Below, piece after piece: positions 1 through 8,520 of a DNA stretch of 64,000 nucleotides. The stretch's first letter is position 1; every line of letters begins with the position of its first letter. The notes beneath the pieces are model-generated. The model ran no database searches. It saw nothing but the letters and a program-made list of their open reading frames with translations, and was not told the origin of the DNA. Origin of the DNA: an uncultured bacterium (lineage in GTDB: Bacteria > Chloroflexota > Anaerolineae > Anaerolineales > UBA4823); assembly GCA_965603285.1 (NCBI GenBank), contig CBFDCK010000004.1, positions 8,507-72,506 of the forward strand, given 5' to 3'. The translations under genes and the position numbers were made by a program.

Positions 1-728
1 ACCTGAGCTTCCGCACTGACATTCCACCGTTTGACGATGTGCGCTTACGGCGCGCGTTTGTCCACGCTGTGGATCGGAATAAGCTGGAAACAAAAGTCTA
101 CAAGGGGTCGCACATGGCAGCTACCGGCGGGTTTGTGCCTCCAGGAATGGTCGGGCATTCAGCGGGAATCGGGTTGGTCTACGACCCGGACCTGGCTCGT
201 CGCTTGTTAAGTGAAGCCGGTTACCCCAACGGAAAAGGGTTCCCGGAGATCACCTGGCTGCATCCGACAGCATCAAAAGATGAACGCTTAATTCCATTCT
301 TGCGCTCTTCCTGGCAGGAAAATTTAGGTTTGGAGCTCGAATCTCAAAGCCCGGAGTGGGGAGAATTCTACCAACGAATTACTTCTGATCCAGCGCATAT
401 GACCATACTCGGGTGGAGCGCAGATTATCCTGACCCCGACGTCATGCTGCGCGTTACTTTTCACAGCGACGAAGGTTTCAACATACCGCGCTGGCACAAC
501 TCGCGCTTCGATACTCTCGTTGAGACTGCAAAGCGGATCACAGATCAGGACAATCGGATGGAACTTTATCGTGAGGCAGATCGAATTCTGGTTGCTGAGG
601 AAACTGTGATAATGCCTCTTGGCTACGCGAACGGATGGATGCTGGTAAAGCCCTGGGTTTCTCTACCCCGTACTCTCTCCGTCCAAATGTCTTTCAACAG
701 ATTCATTGTAGACCGGGATCGACAATAA
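1..728 (+). CDS. ABC transporter substrate-binding protein, family 5 (peptide/nickel type), C-terminal part; 5' end lies outside the window
   Basis: The frame is open to the window edge, with a stop at 726-728. Motifs GWSADYPDP and ELYREADRILVAEE...PLGY are typical of DppA/OppA-like SBPs. Confidence 0.8.
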   Translation, partial: LSFRTDIPPFDDVRLRRAFVHAVDRNKLETKVYKGSHMAATGGFVPPGMVGHSAGIGLVYDPDLARRLLSEAGYPNGKGFPEITWLHPTASKDERLIPFLRSSWQENLGLELESQSPEWGEFYQRITSDPAHMTILGWSADYPDPDVMLRVTFHSDEGFNIPRWHNSRFDTLVETAKRITDQDNRMELYREADRILVAEETVIMPLGYANGWMLVKPWVSLPRTLSVQMSFNRFIVDRDRQ

Positions 729-920
729 TTTAACTGCCTGATCAAAACGATTTGATCGAGAAAAAGGAGGTTGAATTGAAATAATAAAACCGAATAATAA
801 GAGTACAGGTTGATGGATCAGACTGGGTGCTTAGCAAAATAAATCAAAAAGATTTTTGAGTGGTTTAGTACAGCTAAGTGTCTGCCAACGAATCACAACA
901 AGAAAAGGAGATAATGCGAG

Positions 921-1319
921 ATGGGACAAAATAGAGTTCGAGCCTGGATATTCGGCCGTGTCGAATCAATTGACATGCTGAGGGAACGCTATAAAGAAAA
1001 TCAAATAAATGAGTTGGGTGACGACCGGTTTGTGATTGTTCGAGCCGATATTGTGGACCACAGTGATTACAACGTAATCATACCTGTTGATGCAGAGGAC
1101 GATGCGGGGCTGGAAGAGGCCGAAAGTGTGATCACAGAACAACTTGGTGTGCTAATTGTTTCGATCGTGAAGGTTGTGGAAGATGGTCACATTCCCTGGC
1201 CTCCACATGCCGCGCACGGCTACATAACCGAAGGGGAGGTAGAGGCTCTCCCGATAGAACAAATACCTATTAAAGCCGGTCGACAGCATGCCAGTCCCGG
1301 GACAAATAAATGGGGATGA
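921..1319 (+). CDS. Hypothetical 132-aa protein, no family recognised
   Basis: AAGGAG lies about 11 nt upstream of the ATG. The C-terminal 101 aa recur in the 1944-2573 chimera with several synonymous changes. A hairpin terminator follows. Confidence 0.55.
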   Translation: MGQNRVRAWIFGRVESIDMLRERYKENQINELGDDRFVIVRADIVDHSDYNVIIPVDAEDDAGLEEAESVITEQLGVLIVSIVKVVEDGHIPWPPHAAHGYITEGEVEALPIEQIPIKAGRQHASPGTNKWG

Positions 1320-1408
1320 GCGCGCATGTCATCTGACAGCCAGTGAGCGTCATAACTGGTTGCTGCCAAGATGCTGCGCAGCACCTGATTGGGAGTGAAA
1401 GCAATAAG

Positions 1409-1444
1409 GTCGAGTCTCCTGAAATCGGGGACTCGACTTTTGTT
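1409..1444 (+). terminator. Intrinsic terminator hairpin between convergent genes (copy 1)
   Basis: GTCGAGTCTCC-tgaaatc-GGGGACTCGAC followed by TTTTGTT. An 11-bp stem with one G-U pair. Confidence 0.7.
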
Positions 1445-1474
1445 ATTAGCGATGGCGAGTCAGTAGGGATCGGA

Positions 1475-1690
1475 TTACGAGCTCTTATTTGCGCTCGCCA
1501 GATCGCCGCCAAAGTTGAACATCTGCAGGACGGATTGGATGACAACACCCAGGGAGGGTAGATCTTTTTGCTTGATATCTTTCTGGGCTCCCTTCTTGAC
1601 AGCAGCAATCAACCTTTCGTTTTCCGCTTCTTGCAGATATCTTTTCATCTTATCCTTGGCGTATACTTCTAAATGCATTCCGGTGTACAT
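1475..1690 (-). CDS. Small 71-aa helical protein, unknown function (paralog A)
   Basis: AAGGAG then 6 nt then ATG at 1690 (MYTGMHLEVYAKDKMKRYLQEAENERLIAAVKK...). An intact paralog lies at 2729-2944. The ORF-track start at 1711 is probably too far upstream. Confidence 0.6.
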   Translation of the reverse strand: MYTGMHLEVYAKDKMKRYLQEAENERLIAAVKKGAQKDIKQKDLPSLGVVIQSVLQMFNFGGDLASANKSS

Positions 1691-1943
1691 TTTGATCTCC
1701 TTTACCCTCATCCTGTTGGGTTTCTGAATTTTCAGGCACTTTTTTTGTCTCGTCCTGAGCTACCTTATTGAATTGCCCATATCTTAGCAAGCGCCCGTTC
1801 AGAAAATGCTCAAAGATCGTTAAGAATCCGTATATTAAGGAGAAATTGCTCCAATTTACCAAATCAGTGCGGATTTCTTTGATTACACCTGTATTTTGAT
1901 CTCCTCAAAATACTCCGGTCGCGAATAACCGGAACCAGAGCTA

Positions 1944-2573
1944 ATGAATTATCCAGATGAAGTGCTCGCAATAGCGGTGCATCGGGTGACCGCTCTGCCC
2001 GACGCTTTGGATAAGGATGAGTTGGAAGCAAAAGCTTTCAAGGGTTCGCACATGGCAACTACCGGCTGGTTTGTACATACAGGAATGGCCAGGCATTCAC
2101 CAGGAATCGGGTTGGTCTACGATCCGGATCTGGCTCGTCGCTTGTTAAATGAGGCCGGTTACCCCGACGGAAAAGGTTTCCCTGAGATAGACAGTCTGCA
2201 TCCCACAGCATATGAAGATGAACGCATATTTCCATACTTGCGCTCTTCCTGGCGGGAGAATTTAGGATTGGGTGACGACCGGTTTGTGATCCTTCGGGAC
2301 GATATTGTGGACCACAGTGATTACAATGTAATCATACCTGTTGATGCAGAGGACGATGCTGGGCTGGAAGAGGCCGTAAGTGTGATCGGGGAACAACTTG
2401 AGGCGCGAAATGTTTCTATCGTGAAGGTTGTGGAAGATGGTCACATTCCCTGGCCTCCACATGCCGCGCACGGCTTCATAACCGAACGTGAGGTAGAGGC
2501 TCTCCCGATAGAACAGATACCCATTAAGGCCGGTCGACAGCATGTCAGTCCCGGTACAAATAAATGGGGATGA
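1944..2573 (+). pseudogene. Chimeric ORF created by duplication and deletion: antisense acylase fragment + SBP fragment + C-terminal 101 aa of the 132-aa protein
   Basis: Residues KGSHMATTG...SSWRENLGL match SBP 96-333. GDDRFVI...TNKWG match 1017-1319. The first ~20 codons read the antisense of an acylase 3' fragment. No convincing RBS. Confidence 0.6.
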
Positions 2574-2662
2574 GCGCGCATGTCATCTGACAGCCAGTGA
2601 GAGTCCATACTGGCTGCTGCCAAGATGGTGCGTAGCACCTGGTTGGGAGTGAAAGCAGTAAG

Positions 2663-2698
2663 GTCGAGTCTCCTGAAATCGGAGACTCGACTTTTGTT
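2663..2698 (+). terminator. Intrinsic terminator hairpin (copy 2)
   Basis: GTCGAGTCTCC-tgaaatc-GGAGACTCGAC, a perfect 11-bp stem, followed by TTTTGTT. Confidence 0.7.
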
Positions 2699-2728
2699 AT
2701 TAGCGATGGTGGGGCGGTGAGGATCGGA

Positions 2729-2944
2729 CTACGAGCTCCTGTTTGCGCTCGCCAGATCGTCGCCGATGTTGAAAATCTGCAGGACGGATTGGATGACAAC
2801 ACCCAGAGAAGGTACATCTTTATGCTTGATCTCTTTCTGCGCTCCCTTCTTGACAGCAGCGATCAGCCTTTCGTTTTCAGCCTCTTGCAGAAATCTCTCC
2901 ATCTTGTCCTTGGCGTGTACTTCTAAATTCATTCCTGTGTACAT
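2729..2944 (-). CDS. Small 71-aa helical protein, unknown function (paralog B)
   Basis: Same AAGGAG-6 nt-ATG arrangement. 60 of 71 aa are identical to paralog A and most changes are conservative. Confidence 0.6.
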   Translation of the reverse strand: MYTGMNLEVHAKDKMERFLQEAENERLIAAVKKGAQKEIKHKDVPSLGVVIQSVLQIFNIGDDLASANRSS

Positions 2945-3166
2945 TTTGATCTCCTTTACCCGCATCATGCTGGGCTTATGAATTTTCAGGCAGCTTTTTT
3001 GTTTCGTACTGAGCTACCTTATTGAATTGCCCATATTTTAGCGAGCGACCGTTCAGAAAAAGCTCAGAAAGCGTTAAAACCCTTTCTATTATGGGATAAT
3101 TCTTCCGGTTTATTAAAATCGGTATGGATTTCTTTGTTTGCACCCACTTTTTGTAGACGGAAACAT

Positions 3167-3196
3167 AAAAAACCGGTCCCAAATCACCGGGACCGG
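3167..3196 (-). terminator. Intrinsic terminator of the acylase gene
   Basis: The minus strand reads CCGGTCCC-8 nt loop-GGGACCGG followed by TTTTTT, about 70 nt after the stop at 3269. Confidence 0.7.
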
Positions 3197-3268
3197 AGTT
3201 AATGAATTATCTAGATGTTGTCTGCCTCACGCTTGTATTGCCCCCTTACCTGTATACACCTGCCAGCT

Positions 3269-5800
3269 TCACCCCGCTGGTTCTAGAATGAGCGTTTCGG
3301 AATTGCCAAATTCGGCTTCCCCTCGCTCCCAATTCGAAGGATGATATTCGAAATTGCGCCAGGGATCGATGAAGTGATCGTAATAACGGTGCATCGGATG
3401 CCCGCTCTGCCCGACGCTGTGGATCATTAACGAGTTGCTCAAATCACCGAGATCGATGACCTGCCGTAGGGCTGGGATGCAGCCAACTTCGTAGGGTTCG
3501 TTGGCACTCCAGCAGGTTTTCTGGATAACCGACTCGCTCCCGTTTGTGGCATAAGGTCCGCGGTTAAAGATGTCCTCGATAACGCCGATGCCTGACTGTC
3601 CTAATGTTGCATTCCGGAAAGTTATGGTGTGCAGGTCTCCCCAACGCCACTCGTTTATATCATCACCCAATAACTCCACAGCCTCCACATATGCCTCTTC
3701 AAAAGCCTTCCTGAGAATGTCGTCCCTGTCTTCAACATGATCCGGCGTGGTGATGTCATCCCACCACACATTGTCCGGCTCCTGCAGCAAGAAGTACACC
3801 GAGTCGGAAGTTATGTGATTGCCACTCGGGTAGAGGTCGGGCGGAAGCTGGTCGTGAAATAACCCTACCAGCAGATGAACCCAAAAAGTGCTGTAAAGCG
3901 CCGCTTCAGGGCTGTCCATAACCATCTGAGCATCCCACTGGAGCAGCCGGTCACGTGCCTCAGACACAAGAGAATCCTCCAAAGAGAGGTTTTCCAGGTA
4001 AGGAATGATTTCCAGCGCCGAAATACTCTTATTATCGGTTTGAATGGCAGACATGTCCTCAATGGATAAACCGTCCGGGTCGTTCTGGATCATATCCGTG
4101 ACGCGCTGCGCTCGATGGCCGCGGTCCTGGCTGACGTTAATCAAATAAGGATAATCCCCAGCCCTGGTCTGCGGGTTATTTGACGTGGCAATATACCCCT
4201 GGGCAGGATTGAAGACCCTGGGCAGTTCTTCATAAGGAATGAAGCCGGTCCACTGGTAATCGTCATTCCAGCCCGGCACCGGCAGTGAGCCATCACCGCC
4301 AGCGCGAATGGGCACCTTGCCGGGCATGATGTAGCCGATATTACCGTCCACATCAGCATACAGCCAGTTTTGTTTGCCGGCATCGAATTGCTGCAGCGCT
4401 TCCAGGAATCCATCCCAGTTCTGCGCTCCGTTGACCTTAAGTACTGCCTCGAGTGTTTGAACCGGTTCAAGCGCTGTCCAGGCGTAGGATAGTGCAAATA
4501 ACTCTGGAGCCTCATCATCGTGAGAGAACAACGTACGATCGACCATAGAATCAGTGGCAACAACGCCATTGCGGGTGCTGCGGACGAAGAACACCACCGG
4601 TTCATCAAGCCCGCGCACTTTAATCTCCTCGCGGCGGATATCCATATCCACCCACTCACCGTTCACTTCGTACTGGTTTGGGTCATCTGGATTAACCCGT
4701 TCGATGAACACGTCCTCGGCATCAAAAGCAGCGTTGGTTAACCCCCAGGCGATGCGGTCATTGTGACCGATCAGGATGCCCGGCACACCAGGCAGCGAGA
4801 AGCCGCGGAAGTTGTATATACAATCCTCATTTTTTTCAATACAGTGCATACCGATCTCGTACCACAAGGCAGGCATGTTGACGCCCATATGCGGATCATT
4901 TGCCAGCAGCGGCGTACCAGTGGTGGTGTTTTCACCGGAGATAGCAAAGCTGTTGGATCCAGCGGATGAAAAGAAGCCCATATCCGCAAGGAGTGGAGGT
5001 GCAACCTCAGCAACTGATAATACCTTCCTCAGATCGAGCAGATACTGAAAACCGTCTGCTCCGATTTCAGCAACTACGCTCTCTTCGATATCTTCAAGAT
5101 AATCAAGCTCCTCAGATGGAATGATGACCGGGCGATCGTCGCGATAAAGAGGGTGCAGGTCAGCGTACATATCCCATCCCACTGATGCCAGCATGTCGAT
5201 ATTTTTCAACTCCGTTCGCAGTTGGTCCGACTGGTCGAAGATCATCATCTCGGCCCATATCATGGAATCCACCGCGGTCCATTCCTCGATCTCGACCTCC
5301 ACACCCTGTAAATCTAAAAAGGCGAACTCAAGCCCCAACTGCGATGGCTCCCGGTCCCCGATGTAGGCGTTAATACCGGCTGTGTAGGCGTCGATAATGG
5401 AGCGAGATTCCTCATCAAGCATACGATACGACTCGCTGGTTAGATTGTGGAAATCAAAATGGCGCAGATATTTGTCTGTGCTGAGCGTAGTCTCTCCAAA
5501 TATCTCCGAAAGCCTGCCTGCTCCAAGGCGGCGTCGAAATTCCAACTGCCAGAAACGTTCCTGGGCATGGACGTAACCCTCGGCGAAAAAGAGGTCTTCT
5601 GCATTGTGGGCGTAGATGTGAGCCACGCCGTATTCATCGCGGACGATTTCAACTGGCAGACTCAAACCAGGCACCGTGATAGTGCCGCTCGTTTCCGGAA
5701 ACGCCTGGCGCGAGAACCAAAACCAGGCACCCCAAAGGATCAAGCCCAAGACGACGATTACGAGGACAACAATAATAATGACTTTGAGCATTTTCGACAT
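3269..5800 (-). CDS. Penicillin acylase family (Ntn hydrolase, S45) protein, N-terminally membrane-anchored
   Basis: 843 aa. N-terminal TM segment KVIIIVVLVIVVLGLILWGAWFWF. An internal GSNSFAISG motif resembles the Ser-nucleophile autoprocessing site. GAGGAG RBS. Confidence 0.85.
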   Translation of the reverse strand: MSKMLKVIIIVVLVIVVLGLILWGAWFWFSRQAFPETSGTITVPGLSLPVEIVRDEYGVAHIYAHNAEDLFFAEGYVHAQERFWQLEFRRRLGAGRLSEIFGETTLSTDKYLRHFDFHNLTSESYRMLDEESRSIIDAYTAGINAYIGDREPSQLGLEFAFLDLQGVEVEIEEWTAVDSMIWAEMMIFDQSDQLRTELKNIDMLASVGWDMYADLHPLYRDDRPVIIPSEELDYLEDIEESVVAEIGADGFQYLLDLRKVLSVAEVAPPLLADMGFFSSAGSNSFAISGENTTTGTPLLANDPHMGVNMPALWYEIGMHCIEKNEDCIYNFRGFSLPGVPGILIGHNDRIAWGLTNAAFDAEDVFIERVNPDDPNQYEVNGEWVDMDIRREEIKVRGLDEPVVFFVRSTRNGVVATDSMVDRTLFSHDDEAPELFALSYAWTALEPVQTLEAVLKVNGAQNWDGFLEALQQFDAGKQNWLYADVDGNIGYIMPGKVPIRAGGDGSLPVPGWNDDYQWTGFIPYEELPRVFNPAQGYIATSNNPQTRAGDYPYLINVSQDRGHRAQRVTDMIQNDPDGLSIEDMSAIQTDNKSISALEIIPYLENLSLEDSLVSEARDRLLQWDAQMVMDSPEAALYSTFWVHLLVGLFHDQLPPDLYPSGNHITSDSVYFLLQEPDNVWWDDITTPDHVEDRDDILRKAFEEAYVEAVELLGDDINEWRWGDLHTITFRNATLGQSGIGVIEDIFNRGPYATNGSESVIQKTCWSANEPYEVGCIPALRQVIDLGDLSNSLMIHSVGQSGHPMHRYYDHFIDPWRNFEYHPSNWERGEAEFGNSETLILEPAG

Positions 5801-5863
5801 GATATACCGTACTCCTCGTTACAATCCAATTGATTGAGAGTACAAACTCCGGTCGATTCCGTG

Positions 5864-6823
5864 TCAGGTATTTACTATCTCGTCGCGCTCAAACTCATAA
5901 GTATAGCCGCCCGCGATCTCCCGGGGGCGGGAGATATGTCTGATCACAAACTGACCGCAATTGCTGCCAATCAGATTCTCTTCGACTTCGCCAATGCTCA
6001 GGATAACCTGGTAGCCAAAAGCTTCCAGGTCCCGCACAACTTTGTAATCGCTTTTATCCTTAGAAATGTCTATATACGAAGACAATCCACTGTCCAGCGC
6101 TTTATAAGTGGGATTGATCGGGGTGATCTTGATCAGGAATTTATTCGGGGAAAAGTAACTATGCAATATGCTTGCGTCGACCGGCATACCCTCTGCAAGC
6201 GCAAAGTTTAATGTGACCTTGCGGTCACCTTCTTCATAAAAACGTTCTCCATAGGCGGACATCTTCTCGAAATCCCACGTTTTGATCGGTACGATTTCGC
6301 GGCGTCTGCTCTCATCGGTAGTATGGATAGAGTACTGGAATTGAAAATTCCCACCAGAATAGTGTTTGTTTTTAATCTCCAAGAGACGATTGAAGAACTG
6401 GTCCGTTCCGAAAGGGGCAATCGTTGATAGCGAGGGCATTAACCCGGGGGCATCGTACAGGTCTGGCAGCTCTTCTATAACATCGAGAACTTCTGAATTA
6501 AGGGCTGGCTCCCCCATCCTGGAAAACTGGACTTTAAATTGCTTGCACGGAATGACGCCATCTGGATATCGTTTGCGGACAAGGTAATCGATCTGCGAGA
6601 TGATTCCCTCCTTCGAAATTTTACCTTGATAGAACCCACCCGCATCGCACATCGCACATTCCACCGGACAGCCATGAAGAGTTGAAATCAAGAGTACCCA
6701 CTTTTTATCACGCGGGAACGGTGGTGATACGGCTTCTACAAACTCAACCCATTCTCCAGTACCAAATTCAGCAACATAGATTGTCGCAACGTCATCCCTT
6801 CCAGTTGAAGCAATAATTCTCAT
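5864..6823 (-). CDS. Radical SAM enzyme, RlmN/Cfr-like core without the N-terminal accessory domain
   Basis: CX3CX2C motif (GCPVECAMC). Collinear RlmN-like motifs are present: SRMGEPALN, SIHTTDESRRREIVPI, ITPINP and the C-terminal GSNCGQF. Confidence 0.8.
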   Translation of the reverse strand: MRIIASTGRDDVATIYVAEFGTGEWVEFVEAVSPPFPRDKKWVLLISTLHGCPVECAMCDAGGFYQGKISKEGIISQIDYLVRKRYPDGVIPCKQFKVQFSRMGEPALNSEVLDVIEELPDLYDAPGLMPSLSTIAPFGTDQFFNRLLEIKNKHYSGGNFQFQYSIHTTDESRRREIVPIKTWDFEKMSAYGERFYEEGDRKVTLNFALAEGMPVDASILHSYFSPNKFLIKITPINPTYKALDSGLSSYIDISKDKSDYKVVRDLEAFGYQVILSIGEVEENLIGSNCGQFVIRHISRPREIAGGYTYEFERDEIVNT

Positions 6824-7713
6824 GAAAACAATCCCTTTCCTGTGCGGAAAATTTGCATCGCAGCTTTGACCCCATCTCCAACAGCAATAGAAGCCTGCCG
6901 GTAGATGTCATTTTTAACATCTCCAATAAAATGGAGTAGTCCTGCAGATTGCAATGCTTCCCTCTGCTCCGTGATTTGATCTGATAAAAAATCAGTGTCT
7001 GGGACCCTGCCAATCGCTCCTACCAGGTAATCGACTTGGAAACTAGAAGTCCCCTCAATTGCTTTATATTGTACCATCATCCCCCCTTGTTGATTTGAAT
7101 AGATGCTCTCAATACATGCGTTATCGAAGTAGCGGATATTGGGGTCCAGTTCTGCGCGTTCCCACAATAGCGGGAGGCACTTATGAACAAACCCTCTATT
7201 CAGAATGATGACTTGATTGCCCTTGGCGAGATTCAAAGCATAATCAAAAGCAGCATCGCCAGCGCCAACAATTGCGATGACTGCCCCACTCTCTTGAAGA
7301 AGCGGGACAACCTGGTAATATATTTTGTCTTGGAGGCTTGCTGGAATATCAAAACCGGTCAGTAAAACAGGTTTCGTTCCTGATGCGACGACGATAATTT
7401 GTGAATAATATACGCTTGTTCCAGCTTCAACGAGAAATAAACCATCCTCTAACTTCACCCTGGTAACACTAGCTTTGATTGGTTGGATGGAAAGGTTTTT
7501 TAATTGCTCCTCAAAAAGACTGGTTAGATGCAGTCCTGAAATTCCGACCGGAAAGCCAGGGTAATTTTCTACCAGATTCGCATTTTTCAACAAGCCCCCC
7601 AACATATTCCTTTCAAGCAGCAAAGGCGTAATGCCATAACGCTTGAGTTGGATAGCCGCAGCAATTCCGGCTGGACCTGCCCCGATAATCGTCACACCTT
7701 CAACTTTATTCAT
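6820..7713 (-). CDS. FAD/NAD(P)-dependent oxidoreductase, thioredoxin-reductase-like but lacking the CxxC redox centre
   Basis: IIGAGPAGIAAA and VGAGDAAFDYA dinucleotide-binding motifs; ENYPGFP as in TrxB. The CATC position is replaced by YYQVV. ATGA overlap with the rSAM gene. Confidence 0.8.
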   Translation of the reverse strand: MNKVEGVTIIGAGPAGIAAAIQLKRYGITPLLLERNMLGGLLKNANLVENYPGFPVGISGLHLTSLFEEQLKNLSIQPIKASVTRVKLEDGLFLVEAGTSVYYSQIIVVASGTKPVLLTGFDIPASLQDKIYYQVVPLLQESGAVIAIVGAGDAAFDYALNLAKGNQVIILNRGFVHKCLPLLWERAELDPNIRYFDNACIESIYSNQQGGMMVQYKAIEGTSSFQVDYLVGAIGRVPDTDFLSDQITEQREALQSAGLLHFIGDVKNDIYRQASIAVGDGVKAAMQIFRTGKGLFS

Positions 7714-8368
7714 CTTCGTGTAAAGCTGTTAAGACCTCGTCGACCAGCACAGGTGTGGCAAATCCATGCGACAGGTTAAGCAGGGTTGCGCGCTGGAAAT
7801 CCTTATTGTAAGTAGCTGTGCCGTCAACAGCAAACCAGACATCAAAGCCGCGCATGAAGGCGGAGCGGGCGGTTGTTTCACAGCATAAGTGGGTCATTAC
7901 ACCACAAATCACCACGTGGGTGACAGATTTGCTCACCAGCATTTCTTCCAGATCAGTGTTGAAGAAAGCATCGTACTGGCACTTCTTTATCACGCACCCA
8001 TTCGTCGTCGTAAGCTTGTCGGATAACTCACTTAATGGATTGGTTTCCACGATCAATTCGCTCCACCAGGAAGACATCATGCCAGCATCCTGATGAGTGT
8101 TTATGTGCTGGGTAAAAATAACAGGCTTATTCCTTTGGGAGTAGGCTGTGACCAATTTTTGAATACCGGGGATGATGGAACGACCGCTGGGAACAAAGGC
8201 GTGCGATGCGGGATCCAAGAAATACTCCTGCATATCCAACACAAGGAGAGCCGATTGGAGAGGCATCTTTAGGGGAGCACGGTATCTTCTCAATGATGCT
8301 ACACATTGAAGCAGATCCTTTGCTGCTTCATGGATATTATCGGGCGTAAAATACGATTCTTTGGTCAC
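7706..8368 (-). CDS. Isochorismatase-family (cysteine) hydrolase
   Basis: Candidate catalytic triad context: LLVLDMQ (Asp), KKCQYDAF (Lys), VMTHLCCETTA (Cys). 8-nt overlap with the downstream oxidoreductase gene. Confidence 0.8.
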   Translation of the reverse strand: MTKESYFTPDNIHEAAKDLLQCVASLRRYRAPLKMPLQSALLVLDMQEYFLDPASHAFVPSGRSIIPGIQKLVTAYSQRNKPVIFTQHINTHQDAGMMSSWWSELIVETNPLSELSDKLTTTNGCVIKKCQYDAFFNTDLEEMLVSKSVTHVVICGVMTHLCCETTARSAFMRGFDVWFAVDGTATYNKDFQRATLLNLSHGFATPVLVDEVLTALHEDE

Positions 8369-8520
8369 GACACTATGTTACTTGATTCGCTCACTAAAAT
8401 AAAGGGGGAGATGACGCTGGGCTTGTGTTATATTATCAAGACTTTATTTATTATTACAGAAAAATATTAGGTGGAGATTTCTGATCAGTTGGATTTTGAT
8501 CAAAAAGAGGTCATAGAGCA

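Larger units (their letters stand above)
64..2001. repeat. Tandem segmental duplication, unit 1 (SBP 3' part, 132-aa gene, hairpin, 71-aa gene, decayed terminator, 46-bp fragment of the acylase 3' end)
   Basis: Collinear at roughly 90% nt identity with 2002-3425 at offset 1938 (e.g. 65-74 vs 2003-2012, 111 vs 2049). Relative to unit 2 it lacks the equivalent of 3218-3371. Confidence 0.85.
2002..3425. repeat. Tandem segmental duplication, unit 2 (carries a 684-bp in-frame internal deletion relative to unit 1)
   Basis: The junction motif acgctttggata at 2002-2013 is a hybrid of ACGCTGTGGATC at 64-75 and 3414-3425. The deletion corresponds to unit-1 positions ~334-1017 at a TTGG microhomology. 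Confidence 0.85.

Noticed and set aside
1475-2944. The tandem 71-aa genes might be RiPP precursors for the nearby radical SAM/acylase genes.
   Set aside because: A strong terminator (3167-3196) separates them from the acylase gene. There is no Cys/Ser/Thr-rich or Gly-Gly-type core. The duplication is explained by the segmental repeat. I cannot support a precursor role from sequence alone.
921-3000. The two ~90% identical copies might be a diversity-generating retroelement template/variable repeat pair.
   Set aside because: The substitutions are of all types (t>c, g>c, a>g, c>a and others) and are not concentrated at adenines. They extend through intergenic sequence and a second gene. No reverse transcriptase is present in the window.
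3865-5833. Numerous 60-170-aa ORFs on both strands inside the acylase gene, and similar nested ORFs inside comEC, the kinase, tal-pgi, the MFS gene and others.
   Set aside because: All are embedded in long ORFs with clear family motifs. They lack RBSs and have low-complexity, Arg/Ser/Pro-rich off-frame composition.
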